A stretch of 62,194 nt of DNA. Origin: an uncultured Fidelibacterota bacterium (GTDB lineage: Bacteria > Fidelibacterota > Marinisomatia > Marinisomatales > Marinisomataceae). Where the stretch lies: contig CACGRA010000003.1 of the NCBI GenBank assembly GCA_902575395.1, positions 1 to 62,194 on the forward strand, written 5' to 3'. Position numbers and translations under genes: made by a program. Numbering within the stretch: the first letter of the stretch is position 1; each line of letters starts with the position of its first letter. Positions 20,564-29,712 of the stretch are shown here, one piece after another. The notes below the pieces were generated by a model. That model was not told where the DNA came from and did not search any database. It worked only from the letters and a program-made list of their open reading frames with translations.

Positions 20564-21684
20564 TGGCTCATTCATATACACCAGGATTAAAAGTTTTAAA
20601 GAAAACACTATTTAGAAAAGAAAGAATTCTTCCTTTGAAAGGAAAAGTATTAGTTAAGAAAGGAGATAATCTATCTCCAGAAACAATTGTTGCATCAACT
20701 TCTCTTCCTGGGAACGTACAAATGTTAAAAGTGAATAATATTTTGAACATTGAACCGCAAGACGTAAAAAATTGTTTACTAGTAAAAGAAGGAGATTCTG
20801 TTAAAAAAGGAGATAAGATTGCTGAAACTCCAGGATTGTTTGGAATGTTTAAATCAGCTGTAGATTCTCCAGTAGATGGGACAGTAGAATCTATATCAGA
20901 TACTACTGGACGCGTTGTTTTGAGGGAAGCTCCAATGCCAGTAGAAGTAGATGCTTATGTTAGCGGCGAAGTTGGAGAAGTAATTGAAAATGAAGGAATA
21001 GTTGTTAATTCTAAAGCATCATTTATCCAAGGTATATTTGGTATTGCAGGAGAAAAACAAGGTAATTTAGAATTGGTATGCAAGGATCCTTCTGAAGAAT
21101 TAACTGCAGATAAGATTACTGCAGAGATGTCTGGAAAGATTTTAGTAGGTGGATCATTTTTGAGTTTAGAAGCATATAAGAAAGCAATGTCTTGCAATGT
21201 TGCAGGGATAGTTGTAGGTGGATTTAACTATTATGATCTAAAAGAAGTGCTCGGCTATAATCTTGGCGTTGCAATTACTGGAACTGAGAAGCTAACAACA
21301 GCTCTCATTGTTACTGAAGGATATGGATCCATTCCAATGAGTAAAGCAACATTTGAATTGTTGCAGTCTCATAATGGAAAAAATGCTTCAATCAATGGAG
21401 CAACACAAATTAGAGCAGGTGTTATCCGTCCAGAAATTGTTGTTCCAATTGAATCTAGCGATGTAGACGATTCTTCATCAAACGTCCAAGAGGGCATTCA
21501 AGAAGGAAGTCTTGTAAGAGTGATTCGTTCTCCAAATTTTGGAAAGATTGGAACAGTTACTTCTTTGCCAGCAGAACTACATAAAATGGAATCTGAAACA
21601 ATGGTAAGAGTCGCAGAAATTAATATTGATGGAAAAGATCATTTAATACCAAGAGCAAATTTAGAAATGGTTGAATTACAATGA
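20563..21684 (+). CDS. Hypothetical protein with biotinyl/lipoyl-like hybrid motifs and C-terminal KOW/SH3-like domain
   Basis: VKEGDSVKKGD..A, SPVDGTV, G..VRVIR.P.FG.IG.V. Confidence 0.65.
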   Translation: MAHSYTPGLKVLKKTLFRKERILPLKGKVLVKKGDNLSPETIVASTSLPGNVQMLKVNNILNIEPQDVKNCLLVKEGDSVKKGDKIAETPGLFGMFKSAVDSPVDGTVESISDTTGRVVLREAPMPVEVDAYVSGEVGEVIENEGIVVNSKASFIQGIFGIAGEKQGNLELVCKDPSEELTADKITAEMSGKILVGGSFLSLEAYKKAMSCNVAGIVVGGFNYYDLKEVLGYNLGVAITGTEKLTTALIVTEGYGSIPMSKATFELLQSHNGKNASINGATQIRAGVIRPEIVVPIESSDVDDSSSNVQEGIQEGSLVRVIRSPNFGKIGTVTSLPAELHKMESETMVRVAEINIDGKDHLIPRANLEMVELQ

Positions 21685-21953
21685 GCCAAGATTTGACAAT
21701 AGATGATAAAGATTTTTTAACGGGAATTGCAAAGAAGATTATTGAATTAAAACTAGTAACTCCTTCAATTTTTTTTCTTGAAATGGTAAAACCATTAAAT
21801 TTTATCGGTAGCCAAACGATGGTATTTTTTGGTCCAATAATTAGTGCATTTGTCAAAACAGATGGTTATTATAGGGCTGCACAATTATTTGAAAGTAGTA
21901 TTAGTGTAGAATTTTTAATTTCTGAGTTAGAACGACTAGATAAAAATGAATGA
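21681..21953 (+). CDS. Small hypothetical protein of the glmL-like cluster
   Basis: Overlaps both neighbours; P.IFFLE..KPL.FIGSQ segment. Confidence 0.65.
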   Translation: MSQDLTIDDKDFLTGIAKKIIELKLVTPSIFFLEMVKPLNFIGSQTMVFFGPIISAFVKTDGYYRAAQLFESSISVEFLISELERLDKNE

Positions 21954-22806
21954 TAATATAAAAAGATATGCAATAGGTGTTGTGGGGATTATCGTTGTTA
22001 CCTCTATCTTATCTCAATTTCATATTTTTAAATCAGAAAGAGCATTTATGTTCGCTGTTTTGCTTACTGTGATTATGGTTTTGCTTAACGAAATACAAAA
22101 TGCTAGAAAAGATTCTGAATCGATTTTTTTACGTACCATTCCTGGATTAAAAGCAGTAGAAGAAGCTGTAGGTCGCTCGACAGAAATGGGTAGACCAATT
22201 CTATATGTTCCAGGTATTATGGATATGAATGAAGTAGAAACAGTTGCTGGTGTAATTGTTTTAGGCCATGTTGCAAAAATGACAGCACAATATGAAACTG
22301 ATTTAGATGTTCCTGTTGCAAGATCTATTGTGATGCAAGCAGCAAGAGAAGCATGTAAAGAATCATACCTTAGTCAAGGAAGACCAGAAATGTTTAATGA
22401 TGACATGGTTCACTATGTTACAGATGATCAATTTGCATATGCAGCTGGAGTAAATGGTATAATGCAAAGAGATAAACCTGCAGCATGTATGTATATGGGT
22501 AAATTTTATGCTGAGTCACTTTTATTTGCTGAGACAGGTAATGGTATTGGTGCAATTCAAATTGCTGGAACTGCTTCTCAAGCTCAAATTCCTTTCTTTG
22601 TAACAGCATGTGACTACACATTGATGGGAGAAGAATATTTTGCAGCAAGTGCATATTTATCTAAAAAACCAGAGTTAATTGGTGGAGTAAAGGCACAAGA
22701 CACTGTTAAGCTAATGTTAATTGGTTTAGTTTTGGTTGCATTAGTTTTACGAGCTTTCTTTGATTTAAATATTGTCCCATTTAACATTATGGATTGGATA
22801 GGATAA
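21946..22806 (+). CDS. DUF6754-like membrane protein
   Basis: LR.IPGL.AVEEAVGRSTEMGRP, IPFFV.ACDY.L.GEE.FAASAYL; N- and C-terminal TM helices. Confidence 0.7.
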   Translation: MNDNIKRYAIGVVGIIVVTSILSQFHIFKSERAFMFAVLLTVIMVLLNEIQNARKDSESIFLRTIPGLKAVEEAVGRSTEMGRPILYVPGIMDMNEVETVAGVIVLGHVAKMTAQYETDLDVPVARSIVMQAAREACKESYLSQGRPEMFNDDMVHYVTDDQFAYAAGVNGIMQRDKPAACMYMGKFYAESLLFAETGNGIGAIQIAGTASQAQIPFFVTACDYTLMGEEYFAASAYLSKKPELIGGVKAQDTVKLMLIGLVLVALVLRAFFDLNIVPFNIMDWIG

Positions 22807-22810
22807 GGTT

Positions 22811-23740
22811 ATGGTTTTAAGAAGATATATTCCAATCCTTATCGTCGGATTTTTTGGATCGTTCACTTTATTTGGATGGTTTATTAATAGTGAGACCGTT
22901 GAAGCGTTTATTAATGATGATGCAACTCAATGGTATGATATTATTGCTAGTTTTGCAATTTTCCTTGGAGCATTAAATTTATTAAAATTACAATTTTTAA
23001 AAGTCCTTAAACGACAATCAGGTTGGCAGTATAGTGTTGTTGCTATAGTATCTTTTTTTGCTGTTTTTATTATTGGATTTTTTATGAGAGGTGCATTTAT
23101 TGTTGATATTCCTGCAACGGATATACAAGAAACATACTTTACACAGAAATCTGCAGAAGAAGCTGTTGTTCAATTAAAAGATTCTGGCGTTGATGCAACT
23201 ATTATTCCTGCACCATGGGGAGCACATATACAAACTGAAGGCGGGCTATTTAAATGGATGTTTGACAATGTATTTACTCCTCTGTCAGCAACAATGTTTG
23301 CATTGCTAGCATTTTATGTTGCTTCTGCATCATATCGTGCTTTTAGAGCAAGAAATTTCGAAGCAACACTACTTTTACTTGCTGGTATTATTATTATGAT
23401 TGGAAGAGTTCCAGCAGGAGGACTTATTTCTAGCTGGATGATTATGTATATGTTGGTGTTAGTCCTTGGAATAATAGTTAATACATACTTTAGGCATCGT
23501 CAAATTGTTTTTGGTGTAGTTGCATTAGGTTTATTAGGAGTAACACTTCTTGGTTCATCAATGGGATGGCCAATAGATCAACCATCAGTATTTTATCTTC
23601 CTGATTTACAGGAATGGATTTATTCAGTGCCAAATTTAGCTGGCGCAAGAGCTATCATGATTGGTATTGGACTAGGAATTATTGTGACAAGTTTGAGATA
23701 TATTTTTGGATTAGAAAAATCATATATAGGTGACCAATGA
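22811..23740 (+). CDS. Uncharacterised polytopic membrane protein
   Basis: About 8 hydrophobic segments; PL.ATMFALLAFY.ASA.YRAFR, RAI.IGIGLG. Confidence 0.7.
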   Translation: MVLRRYIPILIVGFFGSFTLFGWFINSETVEAFINDDATQWYDIIASFAIFLGALNLLKLQFLKVLKRQSGWQYSVVAIVSFFAVFIIGFFMRGAFIVDIPATDIQETYFTQKSAEEAVVQLKDSGVDATIIPAPWGAHIQTEGGLFKWMFDNVFTPLSATMFALLAFYVASASYRAFRARNFEATLLLLAGIIIMIGRVPAGGLISSWMIMYMLVLVLGIIVNTYFRHRQIVFGVVALGLLGVTLLGSSMGWPIDQPSVFYLPDLQEWIYSVPNLAGARAIMIGIGLGIIVTSLRYIFGLEKSYIGDQ

Positions 23741-24585
23741 GAACACTTGAAAATATTATATTAAAACTTGGTTCAGTAGATAGAAGAGTAATCTTTGTTT
23801 TGATTGGATTAGCAGTTCTTGTTCCGTTATTAAGACCTGTTGATCTTGCAATAAGACCAGGCGAGGATTCTCAAAAAGTTTATGATACGATAGAGGCTAT
23901 GCCTGAAAATTCTAATATTTTAATATCGTTTGACTATGGTCCTAGCACTAGACCAGAGATTCATCCAATGACATTAGGTGTTATGCGACATCTTCTTAGC
24001 CAAGATCGTGGGCACAAAATTTATATCACTTGTTTATGGCCTGATGGATTGTATATGGCAAAGGATGCATTAGAAACAATTAATGAAGAATACGATTTAG
24101 TTAAAAATGAAGACTACGTTCTTTTAGGGTTTAGACCTGGAAATGAAGCAATTGTAAAAGGATTAGAAAGCGATTTACGTAAAGTATTTACGGTTGACGC
24201 AGAGCAAACACCAATAGATGATATTCCAATGATGGAAGGAATAAATAGTCTAAATGATTTTCAGTTTATATTTACAGGTTCTGCTGGATATCCTGGAACT
24301 TTTGAATGGGTTCAATATGGAGGAGATCCAACAGGTGTTACTTTGTCATCTGGGACAACATCTATTCAGGTAAATGAAGTAATGCCTTATGTAAAAAATG
24401 AACAGTTAAAAGGAATACTTGCTGGTATGCCTGGTGCAGCAGAATATGAGGCATTAATTGGTATTAGAGGTATTGCTACAAATGGAATGGCTGCACAATC
24501 TTATGGACATATTGTAATCGTATTATTTATCATTTTAGGTAATTTGGCTTATTTTATTACTCAAAGAAGAGAGAGGAAATACTAA
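23737..24585 (+). CDS. Uncharacterised membrane-anchored alpha/beta protein
   Basis: N- and C-terminal TM helices; SFDYGP...E..P, G.L.G..GAAEYE, GNL. Confidence 0.7.
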   Translation: MRTLENIILKLGSVDRRVIFVLIGLAVLVPLLRPVDLAIRPGEDSQKVYDTIEAMPENSNILISFDYGPSTRPEIHPMTLGVMRHLLSQDRGHKIYITCLWPDGLYMAKDALETINEEYDLVKNEDYVLLGFRPGNEAIVKGLESDLRKVFTVDAEQTPIDDIPMMEGINSLNDFQFIFTGSAGYPGTFEWVQYGGDPTGVTLSSGTTSIQVNEVMPYVKNEQLKGILAGMPGAAEYEALIGIRGIATNGMAAQSYGHIVIVLFIILGNLAYFITQRRERKY

Positions 24586-25383
24586 ATGGAACAGCTTTCA
24601 TTTTCAACAATACTTGGTGCTTGGATTGCTGCATTCCTTACTTTAGGAATCTTCTCTTATCTATATAGAGATAATCCGTTTTATAAAATAGCAGAACATG
24701 TATTTGTTGGTGTTTCTGCTGCATATTGGGCTGCGACGTTTTACTGGACTCAAATCTATCCTAATTTATTTGGAAGATTGTTTGCTGTAGGTGGTCCATT
24801 TGAAAACATATACGTTATTGATAAAGGACATGAGTTCAGCGTTTTATATTTCTTCCCACTTTTATTAGGTATTATGATGCTATTAAGTGTATTTAAACAA
24901 TTTAATTGGATGGCAAGATGGGGTATTGCTTATACAGTTGGTATTGCTGCTGGGTTAAAAGCTTTTGGATATTTAAAATCAAATGTTGTCGAGCAAATAA
25001 AAGCTAGTGCTGTAGATTTATTTAGTGGATCTATGCCATTCTTCTATAACGATACAACAGATTGGTATGGCGATACTGTTTTTAACAATATTGTATTATT
25101 AGTTGGTACAATTAGTGCATTGATGTATTTCTATTTTTCAAAAGAACAATCTGGTGGATATGGTCGTTTTACACGATTAGGGGTATACTTCTTAATGATT
25201 AGTTTTGGCGCATCATTTGGTTTTGCGGTTATGGGCCGAATCTCTCTATTAATCGGTCGTTTTAATGATCTTATTTTATTCTCTGGTCCATCTTATGATT
25301 ATGGAACTTTCTGGATGCTAGGCTTTATTATAGCTGTATTAGCATACTGGTCATTTAAAAATCCTGAAAAACAAGAAGTATAA
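24586..25383 (+). CDS. Uncharacterised polytopic membrane protein
   Basis: LTL.IFS.LY.DNP.YK.AEH.FVG.SA, MISFGASFG..VMGR.SLLIGR. Confidence 0.7.
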   Translation: MEQLSFSTILGAWIAAFLTLGIFSYLYRDNPFYKIAEHVFVGVSAAYWAATFYWTQIYPNLFGRLFAVGGPFENIYVIDKGHEFSVLYFFPLLLGIMMLLSVFKQFNWMARWGIAYTVGIAAGLKAFGYLKSNVVEQIKASAVDLFSGSMPFFYNDTTDWYGDTVFNNIVLLVGTISALMYFYFSKEQSGGYGRFTRLGVYFLMISFGASFGFAVMGRISLLIGRFNDLILFSGPSYDYGTFWMLGFIIAVLAYWSFKNPEKQEV

Positions 25384-25387
25384 TTAA

Positions 25388-26734
25388 ATGGAATTATCTG
25401 ATATTAGAAAAGTTATTGCTGGAAGCATTCTTGCAGATGGCATGTCACCAATTATTGATTTAGAGAAATCTCACGGTTCATGGTTAGTTGATAAAGTAAC
25501 TGGAAAAGAATATCTTGATTTGTTTTCTATGTTTGCATCTTTGTCAGTAGGATACAACCACCCTTATGTATTAGAGCAGTCAGACCGATTAAAGGTTGCT
25601 GCTATTAATAAACCAACAAATTCTGATGTCTATTCATTAGAAATGGCAGAATTTATTGAAACATTTAAACGTGTTGCACAGCCAGAGTATTTACCACATG
25701 CATTCTTTATTGAAGGCGGTGGATTAGCTGTAGAGAATGCATTGAAAGTTGCATTTGATTGGAAGCGTAGAAAAAATTTAGCAAAAGGCAGTAGCGTAAA
25801 AGGAGAGAAAGTTATTCATTTTAAAGAATGTTTTCATGGTCGCACAGGATACACAATGTCTTTAACAGATTCTCCTGATAAAAGAAAAACTATGTATTTT
25901 CCTAAGTTTGACTGGCCTCGCATTACAAATCCAAAAATTACATTTCCTCTAGATAAAAACTTAGATCAGGTAATTGCTCTAGAAGAAAAAGCGATAGCAG
26001 AAATCAAAGATGCAATTGCTAAAAACCCTGATAATATTGCTTCTATTATTCTTGAACCAATTCAAGGAGAAGGCGGAGATAATCATTTCAGATGTGAGTT
26101 TATGCAAGAATTAAGAACTATTGCAGATGAAAATGATATCATGCTTATATATGATGAAGTGCAAACAGGAATCGGTGTTACAGGTAAAATGTGGGCACAC
26201 CAACATTTCGCAGCACACGCATGTAGTGACTGTTGTTGCGGAGAAGATTCTTCTGCAAGACCTGATATCATCTCATTTGGTAAAAAAACACAAGTGTGCG
26301 GTATTGCAGTTGGAAAAAGAGTTGAAGAAGTCGAAAAGCATGTTTTTGAAGAATCTAGTCGACTAAACTCTACCTGGGGTGGAAGCTTAGTAGATATGGT
26401 ACGTCTTACTATCTATTTAGAGTTAATTGAGAAAGAAAGCTTAGTAGAAAGAGCGAACGAAACAGGGTCATATTTATTGAACTCTATCTATGCATTACAA
26501 GAAGAATACCCTAATCTTGTATCAAATGCAAGAGGCAGAGGTTTATATTGCGCATTCGATCTTCCTTCGGGAGAAGAAAGAGATAAATTATCAGAATTAT
26601 TGTTAGAAGAAGGATCAATTTTATTAGGATCTGGACATCAGTCTATACGTTTTCGTCCACACCTTAATGTTAAAAAAGAAGACATTGATTTTGGAATGGA
26701 CTGCTTTAAAAAAGCTTTAAACAAGCTAGGATAA
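25388..26734 (+). CDS. lat: L-lysine 6-transaminase (class III PLP aminotransferase)
   Basis: NKPTNSDVY, AVENALK.AFDWK, FHGR.GYT.SLT, EPIQGEGGD, DEVQTG, FGKKTQVCG, STWGG. Confidence 0.9.
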   Translation: MELSDIRKVIAGSILADGMSPIIDLEKSHGSWLVDKVTGKEYLDLFSMFASLSVGYNHPYVLEQSDRLKVAAINKPTNSDVYSLEMAEFIETFKRVAQPEYLPHAFFIEGGGLAVENALKVAFDWKRRKNLAKGSSVKGEKVIHFKECFHGRTGYTMSLTDSPDKRKTMYFPKFDWPRITNPKITFPLDKNLDQVIALEEKAIAEIKDAIAKNPDNIASIILEPIQGEGGDNHFRCEFMQELRTIADENDIMLIYDEVQTGIGVTGKMWAHQHFAAHACSDCCCGEDSSARPDIISFGKKTQVCGIAVGKRVEEVEKHVFEESSRLNSTWGGSLVDMVRLTIYLELIEKESLVERANETGSYLLNSIYALQEEYPNLVSNARGRGLYCAFDLPSGEERDKLSELLLEEGSILLGSGHQSIRFRPHLNVKKEDIDFGMDCFKKALNKLG

Positions 26735-27426
26735 TGTCTGATAAAGGTAGATTGTATATTGTCGCCACTCCAATTGGCAATTTAAAAGATTTCACATTTA
26801 GAGCTATTGACACTCTCAAGGAAGTTGATTTTGTTTTTGCAGAAGACACGCGCAATTCTATTCAATTAATGAAACATTATAAGATTGAAACAAAAATAGA
26901 TAGCTATCATGAACATAATAATGTTAAAAAAATTCCTAAGATTATCAATTTATTGAATGAAGGGAAGAATATTGCATTAATATCTGATGCTGGAACTCCA
27001 ACAATTAGTGATCCAGGATATAAATTGATTAGAGCATGTATTGATGAAGAAATTAATATTATTCCTATTCCAGGAGCTTCTGCTGTCACAGCAGCTCTTA
27101 GTGCTTCTGGATTACCTTCAGATTCATTTTTCTTCTTAGGATTTCTTCCACATAAGAAAGGAAGAAAAAAGAAAATTTCTTTTTTAAAGAGTTTAGATAA
27201 TACTATAATTATATTTGAGAGTCCTCATCGTTTGCTAAAAACATTGAAGGAATTACACGACGAATTAGGTGAAAGACCTGTTGTTGTTGCAAGAGAGCTA
27301 ACGAAGCTTTACGAAGAGATTATACGAGGAAATTTTGATAGTATAATTGAATATTTTGAATCAAAGAAAGTGAAAGGTGAAATAGTAATTATTATTGGGA
27401 GAAATGATGACAGAATCTACTTCTAA
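26734..27426 (+). CDS. rsmI: 16S rRNA C1402 2'-O-methyltransferase RsmI
   Basis: ATPIGNL.D, AEDTR, SDAGTP.ISDPG, RELTK..EE. Confidence 0.96.
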   Translation: MSDKGRLYIVATPIGNLKDFTFRAIDTLKEVDFVFAEDTRNSIQLMKHYKIETKIDSYHEHNNVKKIPKIINLLNEGKNIALISDAGTPTISDPGYKLIRACIDEEINIIPIPGASAVTAALSASGLPSDSFFFLGFLPHKKGRKKKISFLKSLDNTIIIFESPHRLLKTLKELHDELGERPVVVARELTKLYEEIIRGNFDSIIEYFESKKVKGEIVIIIGRNDDRIYF

Positions 27427-28033
27427 AGGGAAATTTATCACATTTGAAGGCATTGATGGTTGTGGAAAGACTACACAAGCAGAAAAGCTATTGGAATTAT
27501 TAGAGAAAAAAGAATTATCAATTAGTTTTATACGAGAACCAGGGGGTGATCCTATTTCTGAATCAATTCGCAAACTTTTATTGCATGCAGAGGAATCTAT
27601 GTCTGATAGAGCAGAAGCATTGTTAATGGTTGCAAGTAGAGCACAATTAACAGATAAAGTGATTCTCCCTCACTTGCTTAATGGTAGATGGGTGATTGGT
27701 GATCGCTATGCTGACTCCACACTTGCTTACCAAGGAGGGGGGCGCGGATTAAGCGCTGCTGCACTTGAAAATATGAATAATTTTGGGACATATACCTTAA
27801 AACCAGATTTAACATTCTTTATTGATATATCTGTTGAAGAAGCAAATGAGAGAATGTCAGTTTCTAGAGATAGAATTGAAAGAGAAGGAACAGAGTTTCA
27901 ACAAAGAGTTCGTGATTTTTATCTTAATTTGCAACAAAAAGAACCAGAACGCGTTATTCTAATTGATGGACATAAATCAATTGATGATATCCATGAACAA
28001 ATATGGTCTGTTGTAAGTGAAAGATTATTATGA
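27407..28033 (+). CDS. tmk: Thymidylate kinase
   Basis: FITFEGIDGCGKTT, REPGG, DRY..S..AYQG; start uncertain (27395/27404/27407). Confidence 0.95.
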   Translation: MTESTSKGKFITFEGIDGCGKTTQAEKLLELLEKKELSISFIREPGGDPISESIRKLLLHAEESMSDRAEALLMVASRAQLTDKVILPHLLNGRWVIGDRYADSTLAYQGGGRGLSAAALENMNNFGTYTLKPDLTFFIDISVEEANERMSVSRDRIEREGTEFQQRVRDFYLNLQQKEPERVILIDGHKSIDDIHEQIWSVVSERLL

Positions 28034-29706
28034 TAAAACAATTTAAAAGATTATCCTTTGTATGTTTAGTAGTCGCAATTTCTTTCTTTGGATTGTTGCG
28101 CAGTCAACAGCTTGATATTTATCGTGAAATTGCACGATCACAACAACAAATCATGACAGTATATAAATATCTTGTTACTGAATATATTCATGAATTAGAT
28201 ATTCCTCAGTTAACATCAAAAATGATTAATTCTATGTTAGAAAATTTTGATCCATATACTGAATATTATGAAGAAAAAGACTTAGAAGACTTAAACATAA
28301 AAACTAGTGGGGAGTTCAGTGGAGTAGGATTACAAATTTATATGTATGAAGGACAGTTAACTGTAGTTGGTCCAATTGAGGGTTCACCTGCTTTTCGTGC
28401 CGGAATTTTTACCGGAGATCAGATTACTCACATTGATGGAGTAGCAACTGATGGAATGGAATTGAAGGATGCTACAAATTTAATTAGAGGAGAAAAGGGA
28501 ACTGATGTAGTTCTAACAATCAAAAAGCCAATCACAGATGCTGTATATGACTACACTATCAATCGTGACATTATTGCAATCAAAGATATTCCATATTATG
28601 GTATGGTCAATCCATCAGTTGGATATCTTAGAATAACAAATTTTTCTGAAAATACACCAAAAGAAACAGCCAATGCCTTTCTTTCATTAATGGATCAAGG
28701 AGCAGAAAATCTTATTATAGATTTACGAGATAATCCTGGTGGTCTATTATCTTCTTCTTTAGATATGTTAGATTTAATGTTACCGAAAGGATTAGACTTA
28801 GTGTCCACAAAAGGACGCACTGGGAGAGTATTAAAAGACTACAAATCTATTAATAGAACCCTTCTTTCAGAAGATATTGATATCACTGTCCTAATTAATG
28901 AAGCAAGTGCATCTGCAAGTGAGATTGTTGCTGGAGTATTGCAAGACCATGACAGAGCTGTTATTGTTGGATCACAATCATTTGGTAAAGGTTTGGTGCA
29001 GTCTGTAATTGCAATTGATAATAGTTCTGCTTTAAAGATTACTAATTCAAAATATTATATTCCAAGCGGTCGTGGCATACAAAAAAGAGAGTATATTGAT
29101 GAAGATTTATTGTCAGCAGAACGCACCATCGAAGATTCTTTATTTACGACAAAAGGTGGACGTAAGGTTCGTGGAGGAGGAGGAATTACTCCAGATATTT
29201 TAATTGAAAACAATGAACAATATCCGTTAGCAAATGCAATATATAGAGATGGAGGATTTTTCCGATTTGCTCAAGAAACAAGCGATCAATATACTTCTTT
29301 TGAAGAAGTGTCCAATGATCCTGATTTGATGAGTAAATTTGCAGATTTTATTAAAGAGAATGAGATAGCAGGTTATGTTGATGGAGAAAATGAATTAGAG
29401 AAAGCAAAAGAAAAACTTGTTAAAGAGGATAATAAAAATATATTCTTAAATAATGCGTTCAGCGTTATTGAAAATCAAATTAAAAAATCACAATCAGCTA
29501 TGTTAGAAACTGAAAAAGATTTTATCGAAAAAATGCTATTAGGTTGGTTTGCATTTTATTATGAAGGAGACAAAGGGAGATATAAATTTATACTTCAAGA
29601 TGACAAAGCAGTGCAGAAATCTTTAGAAATTCTTCTTGATGATAAATTATACACATCAATACTAAGTGCTCCAGAAGAACAACAAATTGTATCAGTAGAA
29701 AACTGA
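28030..29706 (+). CDS. S41 carboxy-terminal processing protease (CtpA/Prc family)
   Basis: DPYT.Y, PDZ domain, DLRDNPGG, SASASEI, GKGLVQ. Confidence 0.93.
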   Translation: MIKQFKRLSFVCLVVAISFFGLLRSQQLDIYREIARSQQQIMTVYKYLVTEYIHELDIPQLTSKMINSMLENFDPYTEYYEEKDLEDLNIKTSGEFSGVGLQIYMYEGQLTVVGPIEGSPAFRAGIFTGDQITHIDGVATDGMELKDATNLIRGEKGTDVVLTIKKPITDAVYDYTINRDIIAIKDIPYYGMVNPSVGYLRITNFSENTPKETANAFLSLMDQGAENLIIDLRDNPGGLLSSSLDMLDLMLPKGLDLVSTKGRTGRVLKDYKSINRTLLSEDIDITVLINEASASASEIVAGVLQDHDRAVIVGSQSFGKGLVQSVIAIDNSSALKITNSKYYIPSGRGIQKREYIDEDLLSAERTIEDSLFTTKGGRKVRGGGGITPDILIENNEQYPLANAIYRDGGFFRFAQETSDQYTSFEEVSNDPDLMSKFADFIKENEIAGYVDGENELEKAKEKLVKEDNKNIFLNNAFSVIENQIKKSQSAMLETEKDFIEKMLLGWFAFYYEGDKGRYKFILQDDKAVQKSLEILLDDKLYTSILSAPEEQQIVSVEN

Positions 29707-29712
29707 AAATCA

